Source: Eledone cirrhosa
Taxonomy: Eukaryota
Reading direction: 5' to 3'
Assembly: GCA_964016885.1 (NCBI GenBank)
Contig: OZ024740.1
Location: 335,916,001-335,980,000, forward strand
DNA: 64,000 nt
Made by a program: the position numbers and the translations under genes. The notes under the pieces were generated by a model. That model was not told the DNA's origin, did not search any database, and saw only the letters and a list, made by a program, of their open reading frames with translations. Shown piece by piece: positions 28,071 through 38,797 of the stretch; positions within the stretch are counted from its first letter, which is position 1; every line of letters begins with the position of its first letter.

Positions 28071-30514
28071 CGTGTGTGTGTGTGTGTGTGCGAGGGGGGG
28101 GGACAAAGGGACAAATAGACAGTAGGTGGTTAAGCAGATAGATAGATCGATAGATAGATAGATAGATAGATAGATTGATATTCCTGATATGCTTTGATTT
28201 GTATATTTCATAGAATATGTCTTTATAAATGCATGTTTATAATTCTATACAAAATATCTCGTGTATTATGCTGTTAAAATAATATTTTAATTATTTTATG
28301 CTGCTCAGTTATTTTTCTAGCTGTTTCTGTTGTTACAGTTACTGCTGTTATTTTTTGTATTTTATGAATAGATCATATTTCACCTCTTTGTTTATCGTTC
28401 ATGCTTTTGTTTCGTTATTTCGCTATATAACCTAACCCCACCCTCTATATAACATCAACTTAATTGATATTTCTAAATAGCGTCCATTTATTCTTTCTAT
28501 TTGATCATTCGGCACAATAGATGATTGAGTAGAACAAGCAACTAAAATACTAAACTGATATAAAACATACAATTAATCCTCGCATTTTATATATTTCTTA
28601 ATTACATATTAGATTGAATATAGAATCTATCTTCCATTTTGCCATATCAACTTCTATTTTTATTATCTCTAATTACAATTTATTATATTACACTTTTATG
28701 ACTTTTTCAATATGTATATTTGATTTTCTGAATAGAGTTGCCACTCACACATGATGGTTTCCATATGAAGCTTTTGGAGAAGTATTTGTCCCAAAAGGAT
28801 TCTTCATTTGTTTTATTTTTTAGAATTTATATGTAATTTTTTTTTTAACGTTTTCGTTCCCATTTTCCATTCCCAAAATATTAGTGAGAATAATTACATT
28901 TTTAAAACCACTTTTAGATTAAAATTTCTCTTGAAAAATCAATTAACTGATACACCTAATCTATATTCAAATGTAAATATTATCATTACCTTTTTCTATA
29001 TTTATTCATGTCAAACGTAAATGGAGAGCAAGGGAGAATGAAATAGAAGCGGCAGAAGCAGAAACCAGATAACTGATAAAGGGAGTGAGAAAGAAAGTGA
29101 ATGAGAACGATAAATTTAGTTGAATTTATATTACCCACACATGAGAATTTATATTTTAATATATTGATCATAATCTTCCGGTAAGCTATTGATGAAGGGG
29201 ATAACTTTATTCGGGTTCTGTTTATGACTGTTCTATTCACATTGAAATTATTCATGAGAAATGTATGAACGCCGCAATTTCATATCCACGTCTCCAAAAT
29301 TTGGAAGTTTGTTGTCTATAAATTCAGGTATGCTAATTATCAATGTTACTCATACTTTTCCCACATTAGAGCAGTGCATCCTTATTTTGTTGCGAAACTC
29401 TTATATGATTTTCCGAAAATCGCGAGACACATCCCTGTTTTAAAGATAACCATCATCACCCTAATTTTTAAAAAGACATTAATTGAAAAAAAATTGTTTT
29501 GTGGAAGAATTTCATAGAAAAATAAACAATATCCATTTATTAAATCTTATTAAACCAGATTTCTTCGCTCTGACCCCATTTAGAGAAACATTGCACTAGA
29601 GGAAAATAAAATAATTCAGTAATGTTCTATTAACTTAATACTTATTCGGCATTACGCCATCTTGGTCTTGACGATATTTTAACTCAAATTAGATAAACAA
29701 ACCTAAATACTGCTCTGCTTTTCCATTTCTGCCAAATCAAAAGTCTTTCATTAATTTCATTAAATAATTAATAGAGGTTTTCTCATATTTAACATATCAG
29801 CAAGTGATGGATGTTTACCGATTACTATTGAATTTTATGATGTTTAGAAATACTCATTTCTTATCGTTGCTATTTGTTGTGCTTCGCCTCGCTGTTCTAA
29901 ATCAGCTTCACTCTATCTACCATATTCCCCGGGGACATTTACTGACTCATATGTTAAATTATTTTCTGTTATCTCTTCCAGCATTGTGAATGGTAAGTAT
30001 ACTTTTGTTTCAATTAAATTAACATTTTCATTGTAACACTATTTCTGTACAGGCCATAATGTATATTCTATTATTATTCACACATAATTTAGAGGTGAAA
30101 GGCCAAAGTACTTTCGTAAGACTTTTTGAAGAATTTTGGACATGTATATTAGCGATTTTCGATTTATATGAATAAATCAGAAGCTGCCACTTAACAACAC
30201 AGAAGCTCTCTGAAATCTAGCAAACGGAATGTTAACATGCCAGAGAATAGAAATCAAAATTGCATAATGGAAATTCACGTTTATCAGAAAAACTGAAATG
30301 GTGTGATGGAAATTTCTATTATTATCTGAATGCAAAAGGCCAGGAACTATCCATTAATTTTCTGCCATAATAGATTCATCTGCATTTCCGTTGCCAAAGT
30401 CGAATGTTTACAGGATCTGCAGTCTTGTTTTGACATGGAAAATAGATGCATGTAACATTTAAATACTGATGTATGTTTTTATAAAGAAAAAATTATAACA
30501 ACTTACTTTTAGAA

Positions 30515-31135
30515 AGGCCGCCTGTGAGACGTGGGACCGGCTGGGACTTAGCCCAGTAGACTTCCCTCCTCCTTCTCCCCCTGTTGGACTCTTTCGGCCT
30601 CCACCCGCTTTCCTGTCGCCACAGTGCTGTCCGCATTCCACGCCATGCTGCCCTCAACGAGGTCATTAAGCATGGCTTGGACGCTGCAGGCTTCCCTTCT
30701 CAGCTCGAGCCGGTGGGCTGGATCGAGGGGTTGGCAAAAGGCCAGATGGCATGACCATCTTCCCGTTCCGCGGTGGCAAACCCCTCGTCTGGGATGCCAC
30801 TTGCACCGACACTTTCTGCAGCCGCAACCTGGTGCAGTCTGCGACTGACCCAGGTTCTGCTGCACGTCAGGCTGAGGGGGCCAAACTCCTCAAGTACCGG
30901 TCGCTCTCCGACAGTTTTGCGGTCGTACCCCTGGCAGTGGAGACTTCTGGTGTCCTCGGCCCCAGGGCTACCTCCTTACTCACCACCATAGGCGCTGAGC
31001 TGGCCAGCCGCAGGTTTGAGCCCCGCGAGTTGGACTGGCTTTTCCAGCGCATCTCCCTTGCCGTCCTCCGGGGAAATGCCTTCTCCATTCTGTCCGCCGG
31101 GGCTGTGGGTGTGCCCCATCGCGTACCGTTGTAAT
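30515..31135 (+). mobile_element. 5'-truncated CRE-like non-LTR retrotransposon: zinc-knuckle remnant plus restriction-like endonuclease, one frameshift
   Basis: GC-rich island translating LHPLSCRHSAVRIPRHAALNEVIK...LEPVG, frameshift near 30717, then DRGVGKRPDGMTIFPFRGGKPLVWDATC...KLLKY...VPLAVETSGVLG...QRISLAVLRGNA. Short minus-strand relatives at ~23680-23810 and ~44885-45035. Confidence 0.82.
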
Positions 31136-32499
31136 TGTTGTAGAAGAAACAGGAAGACAACAACTGGAAAGTTTGATTTTCTACTTTATCATTTACATCA
31201 ACATAGTTTATGTCCAGAAATCAGTGTTATGCCGTTGACATCTATTGAAGGATCTTTTCTTCATATAATATGTCGAAAGTAAAACAGCACAGCGAAGTAA
31301 TTTCCAACTACATTCCATTTTAGGGCATACAGAAAAACCTGAAGTCAGAGATGCGTATAATACAAGCGAAATGGTTGAATCGAGAATCGGTAGCATGTCT
31401 TTATTCGGCTTAAATTTATTTACATCATCTGCATAGATGACACTCGAAAATAACTTACAAAATATTAATAAAATATACTTCTTGACTCAGTTATGTTTCA
31501 CTAAAACAAAGTGATAGTGGAAAAACAAAGAGTTACAAGTTTGAACAGTAGTCAAATTCCTGTGCACTTATATTAGCCGACCTCAATCACATCATGAGTT
31601 TTTATATATCATGGTTTTTATATATCGACTGAACATTATTCGTTTGGGGATATTCAATAGATGTCAAATGTAATATAATGAAAGTATGTATAATATTCTT
31701 ATTGTAATTCGCAAATTAAATTAGAATATACTCCAGAGATTGAAGAAAAAGACAAACGACAAATCAATCATATATTGAACGAAATCAAATATAAACTTAA
31801 TGATAAAAAGGTATTTAAGTACTTTTTCGAATAATGCCTGTGTAACACGCAAAACTACAAACAGACGCACATTCGCTCATATACACTAACAGACAAGGAA
31901 GTACAAATATTTAATACATACTCACATATAGGTATATATATATATATGTGTGTGTGTGCGTGTGTGTGCGTGTCTGTGTGCGTGTGTCTGTGTGTTTACG
32001 TGTGTGTGTGCGCGTGTGTCTATGTATATTTGTACATATCAATCTTTCTTTACGTATACATCCACACATATATACGTTATATATATAAGTGTATGTGTGT
32101 GTGTTGGTGTGTGTAACTTACATCATCTGCATATGCACGTGCGTGCGTATGTTATTGGCCTGGTAGTGTCACATTAGTATTTATTGGACCTGCGACGATT
32201 CCGACGACAAGTGTTCCAGTTGTTCAAACAATGGAACAGCCGACTCTTGACCTTAACGTGTAAGTGGCTCATTGTTCCATAGATACGTACATCCTTAATG
32301 TAATTCTCATGGGAACTATGTGAGGTTCTTTGCTTTCACTTAAAACAAATTGGTGAGATGTAGCTTGTTTCGTGGGTAGTAATATATCTCTGTATAACAT
32401 TATAAACAACGTGAATATTAATACAGAAATGTTCTTGCGAGAAACTTCTTTGATGAACTTAATTTGATTGTACTTCATTGCATTTCAAACTTCGAAAGT

Positions 32500-33350
32500 C
32501 CTTTACTCGGTTGCCTGGGAATTTGGGAACAAACACATGGATTATGTTTATGAATACAGTGCATGCTTGCTTAATGTTTCGTGTGAATGACATAAAGCAA
32601 ATTTAGGGTACTCCATCTGACAGATGATAGGTTCGAAAGAGCTGTCTGTCTATTTTGCCATTCATTTGAGAATTAAACTTCTAATCCAACATATTAGATA
32701 CAGATGCAACTTATTAGGCCAAGATTAGATGAAAATGATGTCAAATGATATTACACTTTTTACACCTAAATTAATAAGAGTGCCGAAGCATTGGTCATTG
32801 ACAAAGAAAAGCAAGTATCTAACATATCTGGTTCTACAAAATGTCTAATGATGTTCATTAAAAGTAGGGCGGGACTAAAAATTACTAACGAGTGTTCCCT
32901 TCAGTTTGGTGATGCTCTAAGTGTTGAATATTTGAGGTGTACGATATTATATTTTGGGGAAATAGGAAACACACTAGCATGTTTCAAAAGAAGGATATAA
33001 ATTAATGTAGAGAAATATTCCGGCGTGGTTTTAAACAGACGCTATAGCTGTAGCACCCTGTTTGAAGGTAATAGAAGAGACACGGATGGGACTGTGATTA
33101 CCTTGATGAGCTGGAGCAATGTAAGAAACTTCACCCCTTGTGATTGTATGTGGTTCATAAACAGACTGATGAAATTTAAGAAGATTTTATTGAATGCGTG
33201 CGTTATAGATTTACAATAATGTACATTTGGATATCTGATTACTTTTGACAGTGTGAGTGCTATTTACAGATTCAAGTAAGAAGATTCCTCAAAGTTGGTG
33301 GAGACCTTCTTGGAAGGAAACCAGAAGGTCCTGATACACATTGGGAAACG
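32500..33350 (+). pseudogene. Highly decayed CR1/L2-like reverse transcriptase remnant
   Basis: Patchy translations FQKKDIN*CREIFRR and VETFLEGNQKV resemble CR1-type RT; many stops. Confidence 0.3.
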
Positions 33351-33439
33351 AGGAATTTGCAAGTTGCGAGATGAACGAAAGCTTATAAAGTAATAGTATT
33401 TTAGTAAATTAATATGAATGCATAAACATTGTCTTAAGC

Positions 33440-33523
<84 letters not shown>

Positions 33524-33599
33524 GAGGGGGGTGAGCGAGAGAGGGAGAGAGAGGGGAGAGAGAGATGCAGCTCCAGACAATTTTTATGTATTCATAACG

Positions 33600-33664
<65 letters not shown>

Positions 33665-33706
33665 TAAGGTTATTCCAAAACGACTATTTTTCACAAATAT
33701 ATATAG

Positions 33707-33894
33707 TTATGTAATATACAACATAAGATAATTATTTGATTTACCAGTGGTTTCTTGAAGACAGATATTTATGTCTGTCTTCATTCATCAGAAAACTAAT
33801 AATATTTTTCTGATGAATGAAGACAGACAAAAATATCTGTCTTCAAGAAACCACTGGTAAATGAAATAATTATCTTATGTCGTTTATTACATAA
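33707..33894. repeat. Palindrome with ~88-bp arms next to (TA)n, hammerhead core in each arm
   Basis: 33707-33795 pairs with 33806-33894 with a few mismatches. Confidence 0.88.
33806..33865 (+). ncRNA. Hammerhead-like motif (mirror copy on the minus strand at ~33736-33795)
   Basis: CTGATGA (33810-33816), 10-bp stem II TGAAGACAGA/TCTGTCTTCA, GAAA, stem III ACC/GGT, GUA site after 33859. Stem I is only 2 bp. Confidence 0.6.
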
Positions 33895-34454
33895 GATAAA
33901 AATATATATGAAAGAAAAAATACTGAGAGTGAAGAAAAGCGAATAAGTGTAAAGAAAAAAGTAAAGCAAGTTCTACGACGTAAGTCTCTAGCTATTGTTA
34001 GGCTAGATAAATAAATAAATAAAGAAAGAAAGAAATAAAGAAATAACGAAATAAGTAAATGAACTAGGTGGGACGAAATAGGCAAGGACCCTTTTAAGAG
34101 GTATAAGTACGTAAATCATACGGTGACGGGTCAACAAATGGGGCCAAAATACTAAAGAGACTACCACGAAATAAATAATAAAGGTTTCTATCCCGGGCAC
34201 AATGCCAGCAACCACCCAGTGCAGCAAAGTAAACTAGTACGAGATAATAATTCTGAGTCCCGAAAAAAATATATACTAAAGCTAACTCTAAAAGATCTTA
34301 TACAAGCTACATGAAAGTTCGTACGAAGTAAAGGTAGAATACGGAAAAATAAATTCAGAATCCACCCCGCCCAAAAGAAAAGCGAAGAAAGAAATACTGA
34401 AACGAGAAAATAAGGCATAAGTGCCACTAAGAAATATAGAAGGCACGGAAAATA

Positions 34455-35158
34455 GTGTATGTGGTGTGTTGTTCTATATATAGGGATTTAACATGTTTGT
34501 GGTGTGGTTGGGTTTTTTTTCTCCCCCTTTAATGAGTGTAGGGGTGTAGGTGTGTTGAAAAAATGTTAATAGCAGTAATGAGTTGAGACAGTGAGTAGGG
34601 TTGGGTGGGGAGAAATGTAGCAAGTGCGGCCTGCCTCGGTCATTCTCGAAAAATTCCTTTATTCAGAGGAAAAAGCTTTTAGTATTCCTTTGTGTCGAGA
34701 ATGGTCATAGGCAAACCGCACCTGCCAAGCTTGTAAACAATTCTTTTTTTCTGAAGAATTTTCTACGTCCATCCCAAAATTAGTCCTTTGTTCAACACAC
34801 ATATATGTGCGTATATACGTAAAATACACACACGGGCATATGTAGGAATATATAGGCACACACCATCAATCACACACCCATGTACATATAAATCCACATA
34901 CATACATAAAAACATATAAAGACACATATAAAAACACATATACACATACGTACACACACGAATATGTACTCATACCTCCACATGGGTATATATATATATA
35001 AATACATACATATAATACATATACACACATAAAGATACATAATGAAATATACATATATACACATACATACACACACACACGTGTACACACACACACATAT
35101 ACATATGTCCGTATATATACATCCGTTCACACATACATGCATACACACACACACATAT

Positions 35159-35211
<53 letters not shown>

Positions 35212-35512
35212 CACATATATATATATATATACACATAAACACATACAGACACATGCCTATGACCATTCTCGACACAAAGGAATACTAAAAGCTTTTTCCC
35301 CTGAATAAAGGAATTTTTCGAGAATGACCGGGGCAGCCCGCACTTGCTACATTTATCCCCACCCAACCCTACTCACTGTCTCAACTCATTACTGCTATTA
35401 ACATTTTTTCAACACACCTACACCTCTACACTCATTAAAGGGGGAGAAAAAACCCCCAACCACACCACAAACATGTTAAATCCCCATATATAGAACAACA
35501 CACCACATACAC
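34455..35512. repeat. Inverted repeat with ~260-bp arms and ~540-bp CA/TA-rich spacer
   Basis: 34455-34713 is the reverse complement of 35254-35512 with a handful of differences. Confidence 0.92.
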
Positions 35513-35909
35513 ATCAGTTTGACAAGCGCACCTCAGCGTGAAAGGTCTTTCTAAAAACGAAACAATACCTCCTACGTTAACCAAGAACTCCTAATACCTA
35601 ACCAACAACCAACAACTTAATTTATATAAAAAAATTTCTTTTAAAAAAAATTATTCTAATCCGGAAAAAAATTCTTTTTGGATTTTGTGAAGAAAATAAA
35701 TTTGTTGAAAGCACAAGTTAAGCCATTTTTTTCTTCCCCCCCTGTCTTAATATATATATATATACATATATATATTTATATATACATACATATACATATA
35801 TATGTAAATATATATATGTATGTATATATATGCATACATATATATATTTACATATATATATATGCATACATATATATATATACATATATATATGCATATA
35901 TATATATGC

Positions 35910-35944
<35 letters not shown>

Positions 35945-35954
<10 letters not shown>

Positions 35955-38797
35955 AAAACACACAGATACATGCGGACACACACATATATACATGAATGCA
36001 TCCGCACCCAACTGTGAGTTAAGGGTGCCAACTTCACCGATGTTGCTCAATGAATGACTGGGACAGACCAATTCAGTTTGAACCAGACTGAACCAGTATC
36101 AGAGTTAAAAATACATTATGAAGAGAGAAGAAACATTTAGATATAATTAGTAATAAAATGTATCATACCTAAACTGTTCCTAAATTCCTCGACTACGTAG
36201 TTTCGTGGCATAAACAAAAACAATATATCAAAGATATAGAGTCCTTGCGAGGTCTGCCAACTTATCAAGAGGATACCTCATTTTACTAGTCTCAAGAACG
36301 CGTCTACACGACGTGAGAAAGAATCCCAAAAGGCGGAGGGGGAGATAGTCACGCGATATAACGGTCGAGAAACAGAGCTAAGCCTCTTATAACCACGAAG
36401 AAAATACCACGGAGGCGGAGGGGGCATTCATATCGAGGCCGTAGAAGAGGTAGTGAAGAAGGCGAGAAGTATGAGTAATGGAAGCTTTCCAGTTGTCCCC
36501 ACACTTCAAAGATTGCTCGACCAGAGGGAGTTATTAATATATTTAAAAACACACAGATACATGCGGACACACACATATATACATGAATGCATCCGCACCC
36601 AACTGTGAGTTAAGGGTGCCAACTTCACCGATGTTGCTCAATGAATGACTGGGACAGACCAATTCAGTTTGAACCAGACTGAACCAGTATCAGAGTTAAA
36701 AATACATTATGAAGAGAGAAGAAACATTTAGATATAATTAGTAATAAAATGTATCATACCTAAACTGTTCCTAAATTCCTCGACTACGTAGTTTCGTGGC
36801 ATAAACAAAAACAATATATCAAAGATATAGAGTCCTTGCGAGGTCTGCCAACTTATCAAGAGGATACCTCGTTTTACTAGTCTCAAGAACGCGTCTACAC
36901 GACGTGAGAAAGAATCCCAAAAGGCGGAGGGGGAGATAGTTACGCGATATAACGGTCGAGAAACAGAGCTAAGCCTCTTATAACCACGAAGAAAATACCA
37001 CGGAGGCGGAGGGGGCATTCATATCGAGGCCGTAGAAGAGGTAGTGAAGAAGGCGAGAAGTATGAGTAATGGAAGCTTTCCAGTTGTCCCCACACTTCAA
37101 AGATTGCTCGACCAGAGGGAGTTATTAATATATTTAAAAACACACAGATACATGCGGACACACACATATATACATGAATGCATCCGCACCCAACTGTGAG
37201 TTAAGGGTGCCAACTTCACCGATGTTGCTCAATGAATGACTGGGACAGACCAATTCAGTTTGAACCAGACTGAACCAGTATCAGAGTTAAAAATACATTA
37301 TGAAGAGAGAAGAAACATTTAGATATAATTAGTAATAAAATGTATCATACCTAAACTGTTCCTAAATTCCTCGACTACGTAGTTTCGTGGCATAAACAAA
37401 AACAATATATCAAAGATATAGAGTCCTTGCGAGGTCTGCCAACTTATCAAGAGGATACCTCATTTTACTAGTCTCAAGAACGCGTCTACACGACGTGAGA
37501 AAGAATCCCAAAAGGCGGAGGGGGAGATAGTCACGCGATATAACGGTCGAGAAACAGAGCTAAGCCTCTTATAACCACGAAGAAAATACCACGGAGGCGG
37601 AGGGGGCATTCATATCGAGGCCGTAGAAGAGGTAGTGAAGAAGGCGAGAAGTATGAGTAATGGAAGCTTTCCAGTTGTCCCCACACTTCAAAGATTGCTC
37701 GACCAGAGGGAGTTATTAATATATTTAAAAACACACAGATACATGCGGACACACACATATATACATGAATGCATCCGCACCCAACTGTGAGTTAAGGGTG
37801 CCAACTTCACCGATGTTGCTCAATGAATGACTGGGACAGACCAATTCAGTTTGAACCAGACTGAACCAGTATCAGAGTTAAAAATACATTATGAAGAGAG
37901 AAGAAACATTTAGATATAATTAGTAATAAAATGTATCATACCTAAACTGTTCCTAAATTCCTCGACTACGTAGTTTCGTGGCATAAACAAAAACAATATA
38001 TCAAAGATATAGAGTCCTTGCGAGGTCTGCCAACTTATCAAGAGGATACCTCATTTTACTAGTCTCAAGAACGCGTCTACACGACGTGAGAAAGAATCCC
38101 AAAAGGCGGAGGGGGAGATAGTCACGCGATATAACGGTCGAGAAACAGAGCTAAGCCTCTTATAACCACGAAGAAAATACCACGGAGGCGGAGGGGGCAT
38201 TCATATCGAGGCCGTAGAAGAGGTAGTGAAGAAGGCGAGAAGTATGAGTAATGGAAGCTTTCCAGTTGTCCCCACACTTCAAAGATTGCTCGACCAGAGG
38301 GAGTTATTAATATATTTAAAAACACACAGATACATGCGGACACACACATATATACATGAATGCATCCGCACCCAACTGTGAGTTAAGGGTGCCAACTTCA
38401 CCGATGTTGCTCAATGAATGACTGGGACAGACCAATTCAGTTTGAACCAGACTGAACCAGTATCAGAGTTAAAAATACATTATGAAGAGAGAAGAAACAT
38501 TTAGATATAATTAGTAATAAAATGTATCATACCTAAACTGTTCCTAAATTCCTCGACTACGTAGTTTCGTGGCATAAACAAAAACAATATATCAAAGATA
38601 TAGAGTCCTTGCGAGGTCTGCCAACTTATCAAGAGGATACCTCATTTTACTAGTCTCAAGAACGCGTCTACACGACGTGAGAAAGAATCCCAAAAGGCGG
38701 AGGGGGAGATAGTCACGCGATATAACGGTCGAGAAACAGAGCTAAGCCTCTTATAACCACGAAGAAAATACCACGGAGGCGGAGGGGGCATTCATAT
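35945..38797 (-). mobile_element. Left tandem array (~4.8 x 591 bp) of a hammerhead-containing retrozyme/Penelope-like unit
   Basis: Exact 591-bp period (identical ORFs at 36349, 36940, 37531, 38122). Only two variant positions seen (36871, 36941). Begins at the edge of a (TA)n tract. Confidence 0.9.
36186..36273 (-). ncRNA. Type I hammerhead ribozyme, U3-A8 variant; identical copies at 36777-36864, 37368-37455, 37959-38046, 38550-38637
   Basis: Exact reverse complement of the motif at 38804-38891. Confidence 0.85.

Larger units (their letters stand above)
26801..28291. repeat. Nested inverted duplication with later insertions in the left arm
   Basis: Paired arms 26801-26950/28110-28291, 27383-27459/27938-28013 and 27663-27773/27823-27933. 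Confidence 0.88.

Noticed and set aside
28740-29500. Possible piggyBac-like remnant on the minus strand (PEFIDNKLPNFGDVD)
   Set aside because: Single degenerate motif; needs a translated search.
31400-31450. SSVIYADDV on the minus strand
   Set aside because: Isolated YADD motif with no traceable surrounding RT frame.
34620-34725. SECIS-like AUGA...AAA...GA hairpin on the minus strand
   Set aside because: Apical region is ~50 nt (too long), GA quartet register is off, wobble pairs favour different strands in different parts, and no upstream ORF.
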